A DNA stretch of 63,505 nt, filler included, from Rhabdomonas costata (taxonomy: Eukaryota), in the NCBI GenBank assembly GCA_019059605.1. It is 23 parts of 23 records of this genome, joined end to end, with 100 filler letters (N's around TTAATTAATTAA, not from the genome) between each part and the next. Parts side by side here need not be neighbours in the genome. Positions count along the whole stretch, not along the records: positions 8,306 to 10,972 come from JAHMHO010002417.1; positions 11,073 to 13,739 come from JAHMHO010002418.1; positions 13,840 to 16,510 come from JAHMHO010002419.1; positions 16,611 to 19,282 come from JAHMHO010002420.1; positions 19,383 to 22,048 come from JAHMHO010002421.1; positions 22,149 to 24,814 come from JAHMHO010002422.1; 17 more parts are not named here. One strand, 5' to 3'. The notes under the pieces are model-generated. The model ran no database searches. It was not told where the DNA came from and saw only the letters and a list, made by a program, of their open reading frames with translations. Made by a program: the position numbers and the translations under genes. This document shows positions 10,688 to 22,159 of this stretch, in pieces; the stretch's first letter is position 1; each line of letters begins with the position of its first letter.

Positions 10688-11159
10688 TTGCTGGTTATTG
10701 TTTCCGAAGGCTAATGTCAGTTTTATGTCAGTTTTCAGCGCCCATTGCCATATGAATTGGCTGGCGTTTTTTCTTGTTCTGTTTTTCTGGCCTTCTTTTG
10801 TCCCGTGTACAGTTCAGCATCACCGCATCATCTTTTCACTTTTGGGTATTCAAGAGGGACGTCTTTGCACGAAATAGTCTGGGGATGTCCCGAGGGGTGA
10901 ATCGAGATTAGGACTTGATTTCAGGAAAAAGGTTCGGTTTTGCCTTTTTGATGTGGTATGCTTTAATGAATTNNNNNNNNNNNNNNNNNNNNNNNNNNNN
11001 NNNNNNNNNNNNNNNNTTAATTAATTAANNNNNNNNNNNNNNNNNNNNNNNNNNNNNNNNNNNNNNNNNNNNGGGGGTGTGGTTGATATCATGCACAATG
11101 CGTGAGTGTGCATCGGGAAATCCGGCACGTGAACAGCCCCGAGGACAATTGCAAAGACC

Positions 11160-13027
11160 TTCCGGTGCCTCAGGATTGCCACCAGAGGAGGGGTCACCGT
11201 CCAGCTCGGACCTGCGGAATGGTCGGGGCCGGTTTGACACCTGAAGGATGGAGTTCACCGATCACAATCATTTTTCAAATCTTGTTTTTTTTGTAAATTG
11301 GAAACGCAGTAAACAGTGGAGTTCAGGTGTTAGGAGAGCACATACCGGGAAAAAAGATGGAGCCGAGGGAGCGAGGGTTTCCGGCGGTTGAATTTGTGAA
11401 TCAGACATTATTAGGAGATGTGGTTGGTATAGCGTGGACGCCTGAAGATGGCAACATCAATGATCCTTCAGCAAGAAGATAATAGGAGAAATGCAACGCA
11501 AGCAGAAAGCAGGCCTGCTGGGGTTTCGGTGTCTCCACTGCGGTCTCCGGCGCAGGGGCGGGCTGAGGGGGCGGCTCACTGGGCTTCTCAGGCTGAACCC
11601 CAACCATCACCACCCACACACAATACACACACCAGCCTCCCAAAGGCACACCTTTGGCACGTCGGCATATCGTCCAAAGCACTTGCACGCCGCAACTGCT
11701 TGAAGGTCATTTTGACGGTGAGCGTGTATGTGTGCGGTTGAAGGAAAGATCCCAGGGATGGGGCATGCCATTCTGACATTCAAATGCCATCGTGAAAAAT
11801 TGGAGCGACGAATGACGACTAAAGAGAGCGCTGTCCATTTGCCTGTTCTTATGAATTGCAGTGAGCGAAAAGAGATGCCTCAGGATATTCGCGCGCAAAA
11901 GTGAAGAGGGCCTATACCTTGGCCACGTCTCCGTAGAAGGGCTCCTGAAGGGCTGTTGCGTAGAGCATGTCCTTGTCTCTCAGCACAGCCAGGCTCCTAA
12001 CTGGGACTCCGTCTGCGAGGTGGGCGTTACAGAGCTGAAAAGTCATTGGGAAACCAACCATATATAAATTTGAATACTTCGATTTTCGCCTCAGGAGAAT
12101 CGGCATAGATTTCCGTCGATATTGTCGGTTTCTCCCCCATATCCTTTTTTAAAGACCCAATCATTGATGTCACTGAGGCTCGGGTTTTTAGATGGGCATA
12201 CCAATCCGCGCTAGAAATGAGGCAATGCGCCAGTTCAGTACCTCTTAGCATGCCTCAGCAAAGAGAGGGAAAGCAAGCAGGGCTCGTGGGTGGGGTGGGG
12301 TAAGGGCACACCTTCCATCCATAGCGCCTTGCAGGGCTGGTCGTCGAGCAGGAGCCTGGAGATCCTCTCCATCAGAGCCTCCACTGTCTCCACGTCATGC
12401 ACATCACAGCGGATCACGCTGCCCTCCGCGCGGGGCATGCCGTTGATGCCCACAAACACAGTCCTCTCCTCAACTGAACGTCGAACGCGAACAGGCAAGC
12501 AGAGAAGAATAAAGCAACATCCAGCCCATCTCGTTTCCCTAATATTGCTGACCACACAAACTAATTGGCTTTTCATTTCGCATTAAGCAGCTTTGCAGCT
12601 CGTTACCACTTCGTCCTTTTCGAGCGGAGTTCATTGGTGGTGTCCAGGTGTCCATTGGAGGCTTTGGGGGGGGGGGGCCGAGACTTGTTGAAGCTCGGCA
12701 ATACTACGCTTAAGCCCAAGCATTTATGCTACGCCCGTTACGGTTTCAAGCGGCTTAGGGCTCAGTAATCTCGGCGATGCAGAGCCTCGGCTGTAAACTG
12801 AGCCACCTGTCGCTACGCGGACACAGTAGGAAAGGCCAACAAGTCAGAAACAAACCAATGGACAATACACAATGCGACATTTAGGCGTAGAGAAGCAGCG
12901 CTTCCTCACTCAGACCATAGGTGAACGTGGGCTTCTTCTTAGAGTCGTCCTTCGGCTTCCGCCGGCCCCCGCCACCCATGTGCTTGGCGAGGTTGTCCAT
13001 GTCCTTCCCAAACAGGTCGTGTGACAT
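11160..13027 (-). CDS. Multi-exon gene with a KHA/doublecortin-like ubiquitin-fold domain (exons 13027-12916, 12473-12312, ~12012-11918, plus further Pro-rich exons)
   Basis: In-phase GT-AG joins give ETVEALMERISRLL..PCKALWMEDGVPVRSLAVLRDKDMLYAT, which resembles KHA SLEELL...DGAEIDDIxxIRDGDxLY. Confidence 0.55.
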
Positions 13028-13529
13028 TTTTGCGGGCCCGCGTGAAAACGATACAACTGCCACGAACAAGCAGCACACCCAGCACGCCTGCCTCACAGAA
13101 CTACTCTTTTTCTTTTTTACAAAACCTCATAAAACCTCATGCATTTTGCCTCACGCGAAGACTGAAAGCAGAAGTTCCCCAGATGCCAACAGAAATTAGT
13201 TGTAAACCATGCAAGACAAAGAAATTCAGAAGGTTGCATGAGAGCGAGAATAGACAATGCATTTCAGGAAGTGATCACAGGAAACTCAACAACAAGGCAT
13301 CGCGGTCTGAAGGAACCAACTTCCAACAGGACTCTTGAATGACAGGGGCAGACCTCCCAATTTCCCGCTGAGCACTTCCCCGCGTCTCTCGCATCCACGA
13401 GGCGGGTCGCTAAAAATTGATACAAGGTGAAAAAAAATTAGGCGGGCTCACCAGTACGCTTGCGAAGTCAAAGACACACAATGGAAGCGCACGTCCAAGT
13501 CAAGTGCACAGTCCGCGAGCATGTGGCTG

Positions 13530-13739
13530 CTAGTATCGGCGGCGCGGCTGAGTTCTTGGAGAGTACCCACGCGAGCGAGAACGCGAGCGGGAGGGCCTTC
13601 GGCTCCGACCAATGGGTGAGGACCGACGCGGGCGAAGGGGAGGCGCGGGGGACCATGAGCCGTCACGGTCCCTGCTTCCGCCCCTGCCGCGGCCCCGGTC
13701 ACGCTCACGGTCACGGTACCTGGGCCATGACCCACGCAT
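13530..13739 (-). CDS. C-terminus of an Arg/Ser-rich (SR-like) protein
   Basis: RDRERDRGRGRGGSRDRD...RSRRPSRSRSRSRGYSPR followed by a stop. Confidence 0.5.
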   Translation of the reverse strand: MRGSWPRYRDRERDRGRGRGGSRDRDGSWSPAPPLRPRRSSPIGRSRRPSRSRSRSRGYSPRTQPRRRY

Positions 13740-14106
13740 NNNNNNNNNNNNNNNNNNNNNNNNNNNNNNNNNNNNNNNNNNNNTTAATTAATTAANNNNN
13801 NNNNNNNNNNNNNNNNNNNNNNNNNNNNNNNNNNNNNNNGTGGTGCGTTTTTATAAGGTGGACACCACGAAACTGCCTTTGAGGCAGAGGCAGAAAAAAG
13901 TAGAAGCTGACTCACGTTATGGAGGGTTGCGTTTGTTTACTGTTCCCCGTAATCAGCAGTCTCTTCGTTGACGTTTGTATTCTAGAGTGGAGTGTTTTTG
14001 TTAGAGTTGTTGTACGAGTTTTTTGCAAGGGTTGAAGTGAAAGAAAGACAGAGAGATAGAGAGAGAGAAATAAGGCTGTGAACGAGAAAAGGCATTTGGG
14101 TTGAAA

Positions 14107-15540
14107 ATGTCGCTGTTCAAGAAGCTGCGGCAGCGCCTGAGGGAGCTCAAGGCGGAAAAGTTTGATGATGCTCCTCACTCGGGAACCAGTGCTCTGGGCC
14201 CGCCAGAGCTTGCCCCCCGAGAGGCCCAGCTGCAGTGCTCCCGGGTTCATAATCGAGCTCCCTCCCTGACTTGTTTTGTTGCTTTCGTCCTTCGCCAGTT
14301 CAACATGCATATTCTTTCAGTCTATCTGGCTTGTTGTCCCGTAACCACAAAAGTAAGCGGTATGAGGGCATGGAACAGTGGGAAAAGGAAGCGGAACAGT
14401 TGTCGCCTTGAACTCCATTTGTTTTTCAAACCGTAGAAGCTGGCAGCACACACACACACACTGCGCCTTGGCGCGGTGTGCTGTGGCGTGCCCTTGTGCT
14501 GCTTGTTCTGCACACATTTTTTTGGGCGCTTTCGTTCACGGAACTGCTGTTCATGCTGGACGACACACACACACACACACACACACACGCTCACACAGAC
14601 CCGTGGCCAACAGCGCGTGCGGCCCACAGTGGTCACCAACAGCCAGACAACCAGGCAACAGCCAGCGCGCAATGCGCCCAACACACACTGACCTGAGTAG
14701 CAATGAGCAGCGCTGGTAGCCGTTGGAAAAAACTAGCTGACGCGTCCAAGACTGGCGACCCGCGGGTCAGAGGGGAGGGTACCATATGTGGAACGTTGAC
14801 CGGTGAGCCGTTACCCCACGGCGCCGGCGCCGTTCGCTCCACGGCACCTCTCGCGAGCACACCCGTGTGGCCAACCGGGCGTGGTCGTGGTCCCCAGCAG
14901 TCATTCAGGCAACTGCCGGCGTGCTATTCGTCCAACACACACACACACACACACACACGCTCGCACGCGGACGCACACAAAGGCACACGCACACACATGT
15001 CCTTCCTGCGCTTCACGTTCTTCCCTTCCGCAGGCTTTCCGGCTAGATTTCTGCGAGCCCGGGTCCATGGCCTTCGATGAACGGGCGCAGCTTCTGGCCG
15101 TCGCCGGGAAGGGCCTAGATAATCACGCTTTACGGGGCCTACCACGGCAGGAGCTTCTCCTTTGGACTCCCCGCGGGCGCCGAAGTGGGCCAGTTGTGCT
15201 TTGTTCCCACTCAGGTGTGTGTGTGCCACCCCCCACCGCGGGCGGCACCATTTTTGTGTTTTTTCTGGCCTACCTTGTGGTGTGAAGGCTCTAGCCACTT
15301 GGTTGTGGATCCCGTGCTCCTTGTGTTGTACCCTTGAGTAGCAGGACTGCATTGGTAGCGTTGCTGTTGGTTGTTCTTCATCCCTGCTCCATGTGATGGA
15401 CCCTTGCAGGGTTTGCTGGTTGTTTCCGACTCTCCCGGAACCGCGGTGTACGTCTTCGACGTCGGCCAGCAGTGTGCGCTGAAAGGCACCTTGCGCTTCG
15501 CAGAATACGACATCGCCACCTGCTCGGACGGAAAGTTCTG
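14107..15540 (+). CDS. N-terminal exons of a WD40 protein, possibly Lgl/tomosyn-like
   Basis: Starts MSLFKKLRQ. Exon from 15034 encodes EPGSMAFDERAQLLAVAG (cf. tomosyn PSALAFDPVQKILAVGT); a later exon encodes GLLVVSDSPGTAVYVFDV. Confidence 0.5.
14464..14566 (+). repeat. Dispersed repeat family B, copy 1 (intronic, flanked by (CA)n)
   Basis: CGCCTTGGCGCGGTGTGCTGTGGCGTGYCCTTGTGCTGCTTGTTCTGCACAC...CGTTCACG...CTGCTGTTCRTGCTGGACGACAC, near-identical to 19069-19174. Confidence 0.92.
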
Positions 15541-16610
15541 GTGTGTGGTGCATTTGTGACGGAAATCATTCTCAGCCATCTCCTTCTGTCTCGCTCTCGT
15601 CCTCCCCTTTGCCCGCCGTGAACTCACACAGGAAAGCGCAATTGTTAGTACTGGCATTTGGTCGTCTTGCCAGTGGGGGCGGTGGGCTAGTTTCGCCTGC
15701 GACTTCCCTGTCAGGTGGATTTGTTGAGTTATCGGTACCTGGAAGGACTTTTTTCAGGGGTGATGGTTACCGTCCGAACCGCTACAAGTGGTCCCAGTGT
15801 TCGTTTGGTCTTTTTCAGAAGACTCTGCAGCGCATATTAATATGCTCTGGTGAAAGAGGGTTAAGTTAACTATGCCATTGGATTCCACACAAAGAGTTCT
15901 GAAGTAGCGGTAAGCCAGAGCAGCGTCGACTACACGCCTCACGTCCATATCCCCCTCCCCAACTTTACCTTCCTTCAAACAAAACTGTGACGGACCTTCT
16001 GCCCTCGCGGTGCTCCCCGCTGGTTTTCTGCCTGTGTGGTAATACGGGCCAAATCTGCATCCTGGACACAAAGGTATACCCCCACCCTTGTTTTGCAGAA
16101 GTTCGTTTCATACTCCCTCTCTACTGCTTTCTCGAGCCTCTGGTGTGAATGACCTTCCATGTGGTCCCGTGTTGCACTTCAGGCCTCAGGTCACACACCG
16201 ATTTTCGGGTGGTTAGGGTTCTTCGGAAATGGAGTGAGGGCGGGAGCGGAAGCGATGTGTATTTGTGGTGCTTTATTTCGGCGGCACCAGATGCATCGGA
16301 AACCGCTAACTTGGATACGCTCGTAATCAGGCCAGCAGAGTTCGTGTGGGTGGATCAGTTGAATGTCATGCTCCTCAGCTCTTTGAAGATCCTTTACAAT
16401 GGGATTCACTGTGCCACGCCTCACTCACATTTCAAAGCTGATTGCCTGCCAGTGGGTCATGGGCAAAGTGTAAGTGCACGAGCTCATACGGCTGTTCGGT
16501 CACACAACAANNNNNNNNNNNNNNNNNNNNNNNNNNNNNNNNNNNNNNNNNNNNTTAATTAATTAANNNNNNNNNNNNNNNNNNNNNNNNNNNNNNNNNN
16601 NNNNNNNNNN

Positions 16611-18866
16611 CAGGCCCTCGACCACCTTAACCTGAGAGAAGCGTGGGTGGTCATAAGAATATCCGTGTACACCATTGACGTGAATTGATGGTGATGCACA
16701 CCACCGATATATGAAGAAGAACAGAAATATCTACGGATTCATGGCAGCTACACCGAAAATAAAAGTCAGCAACTCGGTCTTGTCACGCTTAACTTCCATT
16801 TGTGGGATACTTTTTTGACTGAGATTTCGACTGAGGTTGTTGAGGCTTTTCGAACGTTGACGAACAATTGCTCTTCCCTGCACCGCACTCATCCCTGGAC
16901 TCGCTCAAGCCGCCGAGAACCGTGGTGCGCACCCAAAGCACATGGAGCGACTGATGCATGAGCCTGTGTTCGTTTGTGGTGGGGGAAGAACACCAATGTA
17001 ACCAAGCCAGGTGAGCTACTATCTCAACCGCCTCAAGCTGAATGAAGCAGGCATCACGTTCAGCGTTCAATCCAATTCTTATCAGATGGGACGGATACGA
17101 TTGTGTGTGGGCCTTTGAGGCGTTTAAGGCCTGGACGCGTGCTGAAATGCCCCATACCATCCATGGCGTCCACTGTGTACAGCAGCCGATAAAGAGAAAA
17201 GCAAAACCTCCAGTACGACACATTTGATGACTCCCTGGATGGTGATCTTCTCCGCAAGGTGGCGCTGCGTGAGCTGGGTCATCAGCAGAAGCAGGTCAGG
17301 GATCCCCTGACATGCGGTGAGATGGGGGAGGGGAGCGAAGGGGGGCATTGGGTGCAAGACGTTTGTGTGTGAACGCTACCTGACCAGCGGGGTCCACAGC
17401 TGCAGGTGGCGTAGCCCGCGCTTAGCTGAAGGCTAGAAAAAAGAATACTCCTCCGACCCCGCCTCTCGCACAGCTCCGGACGCCTGCAATAGTTTTTGGT
17501 TAAGGAGGGGACCCGAGAGGAGAGGGTCGAAAGATCGCGCACAGGGGCTTGGGCCCGTGTGCAGAAGGAGAGAAAGGCGTGGCAGGGAAGGGGCCACGCG
17601 CCTACCTCCCCTGTGATGGCTGAGGTGGGCACAATGGAGACGTATCTCTTGAAGTCCTTGTTCTTCCAGTACAGCACGGAATTCAGACCCTCCTCCAGCA
17701 GCTCATCGATGACCTTTTGGGATGCACACCCAGAGGGAGAGACAGGAAGAGAAAGAATGGAAAGAGGAACTGCAAGGATGGGCAGACACGGCGCCATCCT
17801 GGGGGCACCTCGGAAATGAAAAATGATGAAAAATGGGGACAGTGGGCATTTTTCATCACCACTTGGTGCGCAATACACCGAGCGAAACCGATAAAAGGCA
17901 AACAGTCATCACCCAATGGTATCCACAGCATCACAACAGTGTAGCAGTAAAACTCGGGCACATTCTCACGTGTCGAGAGCGCGACATTACCCGTCAGGCT
18001 ACTGGACAACGTCATGCGAGGGCACATACACTCACCCACGCCAAGGGACCTGCCGGGAGCGGGTCTCGAACTCCTGCTGGACATCGGCGCGCTGTGCAGC
18101 CAGGGACTTGCGGAAGGGATTGTCCGGGACAGCCTGCCAGTCGTACAGGCGGTCCACCTTTTTTTTTTGCGTGTGTAGTTTTTTTCCGGCATATGCCAAT
18201 CTGTTGGGTCGGCTGACTCCACAGAATCCGAGGTCCGGACGCACACCTCGAGCTGCCATGCAGGGGCGTGCAAAAGAAGACAGAATATGACAGGGAAGCT
18301 AGTAAAAAGCAAACATGCCGCAAACGCAACGATAACACAAGGAAATTACGTCTCTTTAACACTTTTTTACGCTTTTTTTTTTGAGAATCAAATCCAATCT
18401 GTCTGGGAGCTGACTGAAGCCCTTACAATTATGAAATGGTCCAATGAGGAACAAGTCGGGAACCTGCCACCAGCATATGCCGCTGATGATCATCCTTGCT
18501 AGAAGCAAGCGTTAACGCCACCGGTCTTACCGCAAAGGGCAAGAAGGTTATGCTCAGAGCAATGAGCAAAGCGTCTATTTCGGCAAACACCCCCAACCCG
18601 TAAAGCCTGTATATTTAACTCGTGAAAAACCTCGTCACACAAACGGTGAGAGAGAACCCGAACGCACATCTTCACAGGGGACAGCGTGTTAGTGCGCTGG
18701 CTGATGTCAGGTGAGGAAGGGGTCAGGTGAGAGAGAAAGAAACAGACCTTGTTCAGCGCAACGATGAAGGGGCACTTCCTCTGCCGCAGCAGGCGGATCG
18801 ACTCCTTAGTCTGAGGTTCCAGCCCGTGCATAATGTCAACAATTAGGATCGCAATGTCGCACAGAC
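16611..18866 (-). CDS. eIF5B: Translation initiation factor eIF5B, G-domain (exons 18866-18748, 18157-18050, 17713-17606, 17306-17208, 16631-16611)
   Basis: [41 protein letters not shown]...FETR..|..[46 protein letters not shown]. Confidence 0.97.
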
Positions 18867-19068
18867 CTACCAAAGAAGAAACGCACCACACGCACACAGG
18901 CACATACACACACAGAGCTGCGTGTGAAGAAGACACACCCACACCCACACAGACACCAACACCACACCCAGACACACACTTTGTTCTGGTCCTTTCCGCA
19001 GGGAAAAGACCACGAAAAATCACAACAAAAAAGTAACAGTAAAAGTAAACGTCGTCACACACACATTA

Positions 19069-19174
19069 CGCCTTGGCGCGGTGTGCTGTGGCGTGTCCTT
19101 GTGCTGCTTGTTCTGCACACCTGTTGGTTTTTTTTTGGCGCGTTCACGATGCTGCTGTTCGTGCTGGACGACAC
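19069..19174 (+). repeat. Dispersed repeat family B, copy 2 (in a presumed eIF5B intron, antisense to the gene)
   Basis: Near-identical to 14464-14566. Confidence 0.92.
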
Positions 19175-19914
19175 GAAGGGCATTGGGGTGAGGGTGTGCG
19201 CCGTGCCCATCCACACACACACACACACGGTGAGCCGTGTGCTTTCTTGGAGGCCGGATGGTGGGGATGGGCACGCTCACACNNNNNNNNNNNNNNNNNN
19301 NNNNNNNNNNNNNNNNNNNNNNNNNNTTAATTAATTAANNNNNNNNNNNNNNNNNNNNNNNNNNNNNNNNNNNNNNNNNNNNTTTGTTTGGGAGTTGCTG
19401 AGCAAAGTCAGGAGGAGAAACGATGCGAAAAAACGATTGGGCGGACAGAAGTCCACTTGCGGGAAATCGAGCAGACACCAACTGCCAGCAAGACCAAAAA
19501 AAAAAGCCAGCCATAAAGATGCTGTATAACCGCACTTTTGGCATGTTCCGGGACCTGCTCCAACTCGTTGCCGCTGAAAACCCCTCCCCTGAAAGCTTCA
19601 TCTCACAAATTTCGGAAAACAAGCACTAAAAAAACCGACAACAGCAAAGATATTGCGTGGGCAGACTGTCAGCAAGGTTTTCGACCGGGACAAAGAGACA
19701 AAAAGGATTTCCCTTTCCCATATTTTTTTGATGTGAACATAGAATGAGTGACGCAAGAAGCGAGTGCGCAATCCACAAAAGTGGTGTCCACTGTTAACCA
19801 TCCCATTTTTCTTGGTATAAGGTTGTTTGTGGGACCTTAGGACGCGAAAGAATGCGAAATGATTTTTTGTAAATAGGAAGGAAATGAAAACGCATGGCCA
19901 CTCTTCAGGCACAC

Positions 19915-20326
19915 TTGAGCACAGCGTCCTCACCGAGGGGTCCGGAACAGGCTCCGTGTACTGATCCAACATCCACGGCCCAGTGAGCTGGTCGGGCGTT
20001 GCCACGTCCTGGGCGTTGTGGGCGTAAATGCTATCCGTATTGTTCCGCCCAGAGCTGAAGGTCCACCCTAGACCCGATGGTGTGGGGTCATACCACAGCT
20101 CACAGTTGCAACCACCTCTGGAACCCGACTGGCTATAGTAGGGCCGGCCCAGGTAGAGGACATCTCCGGGCACGAACAGCGAGTTGAGCGTGTGCTGACT
20201 TCCGGAGAAGCCGGTCACCGAAAGGGAGCAGGGAAGTGCTGCGAGGAAGCAGCACAGCGCATGCGTAACCCGAAAGAGTACCACGGACGCTCTCTTTCCA
20301 AGACCACGGAAAGATTTTCCCCACAT
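19915..20326 (-). CDS. Putative first exon of a secreted or surface protein
   Basis: ATG 20326, hydrophobic leader (VVLFRVTHALCCFLAALPCSL), then GRPYYSQ...LWYD...WTFSSG...IYAHNAQDVATPDQLTGPW with host-like codon usage. Confidence 0.45.
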
Positions 20327-22159
20327 GGTGCGGATCTTCACGGTGACCAGCGAAAACGGTCTGCTCTGAAAGCGGTGTTTTGGCTTTTTCTTGGTGGTTA
20401 TAAATATGAAACCTAACAGTTTTTGCTTTGGCGAACTTTCCAGCATTTTTCCCCCAACCCATTTTGAGCAAGCAAGGGTCATGTGGGCAACATGGATGGA
20501 TGAACTCCGTATGACTCCGTATGACTTCCGTCGCACCCCTCAGGCGCCCCTTGACAATGGTTCCAACTGTGCTTCCGAATATTTGACGGTACTGAACACC
20601 TGCGAATTACTCATTCCATGTTTTTGGGAGACCTGACGGGCGCTGCACTGAAACTGGTTTTAAGCACTGAAACGCTGACAAAAAGGAGAGGGAGAAAACA
20701 CGCACAAAGCGGGGAGAAGGAATGCCCCGAAGATCTTGCATGAAGGCGGGGAGGCTGCAACGCTGTGCGCTGCAAAGCACCAGCACAGCATATGGAGCAG
20801 AGCAGAACAACTGCCGCAAGTTTAGGGAAAAAACTGATCCCAAGGGATCCCATGTTCGTGAGAAAAGTTGGAAAGGGTAGGGGGTTGGGGGCAGAAAACA
20901 ACTGAGAAACATGCACGGGACGTGCGCGGGCCAGTTCATCGACATAACACGAAGAAGAGGGACCTTTGCACAAAAGGCAAAGTCGCCTATGAGAGTGACT
21001 CTGCCGCGACAAATTCTCCCCTTCGACTGGGGAGGTAGCCCTAGACTCTAGCATTGTGACCCTTGCGTACACTTATAACGGTAAAATCCAGCACTGCAAC
21101 AGTGAGGAAGCGACTGCACAATAAAATGCTGACAGGCACGCAGAACACAAAAAGAAGGGCGCCTTTTGCAAAAAAAAAAAAAGACGGGGTCACTCATTGT
21201 TTTCGATTCACCAAAAGTAAAAAGTTGCAAAAATTGCAAAAAAAATCATCCCGCATATTCTAGGGAGAAATCAACGATATCTCAACTTAACTCAAATCCA
21301 AAACGGGTCAAAGCTTCAAAAGGAACCGCATCACGCCAAGAGTTTACCAGGTATCAAACCGAAACTGCAGGTCCAATCACATCTAAACGTCACAACCGCT
21401 GCGGAACACAACACCCAAGACATGATCAGCACAGGCAACAGTGAGAGGGAAGTCTCACTCCCATTATTGTACTAATCTCAGAAATCAAATACCCGTGCCA
21501 CCAGAAAATACTTTTCAATCAACTGGGAGGGATATTTCCGCACTTTATTTGCAATTTTCTCTATAAATTCCTCAAAGTGCAAAGAAGGCAGCACAAGACA
21601 ACATAATTTCTGCTCACTTTTTACCCCCATCCCGACACTCTCCTTACTGTTTGATACATTGCGGCAGCAGAGCGCAGCCACCCAAAAACGCTGGTCTCAT
21701 CCTCCCACAAAGCCTAGAATGACACGACCATTGCACGCATGTTTCAAGAGGATTTCTTTCGCCACATGTAGCGATTCTTCAGGGGAAGCAACCAAACCAT
21801 CGAACTAAGCCACACCAGGAATCTCATAGTAGTACGTCGTCCCTTCGATGTGGCCTTTCCGGCGACCGCTGCAACAAGTGGCAGCAGCAAAGAACTCATC
21901 CATGGCTACGCCCGGAAGAAGATCTTCCAGAAGAAGATAGTGACCCTTGTCCTCCAGTTCATACCCACGAAAAGTTCTGGTTGGCAGCAATAGCTAGAGA
22001 CCGGCTCGCTGATCGAAAGTCATACGTCGTCATGATCGTGCCCTCCAGNNNNNNNNNNNNNNNNNNNNNNNNNNNNNNNNNNNNNNNNNNNNTTAATTAA
22101 TTAANNNNNNNNNNNNNNNNNNNNNNNNNNNNNNNNNNNNNNNNNNNNGTGTGGGAGTG

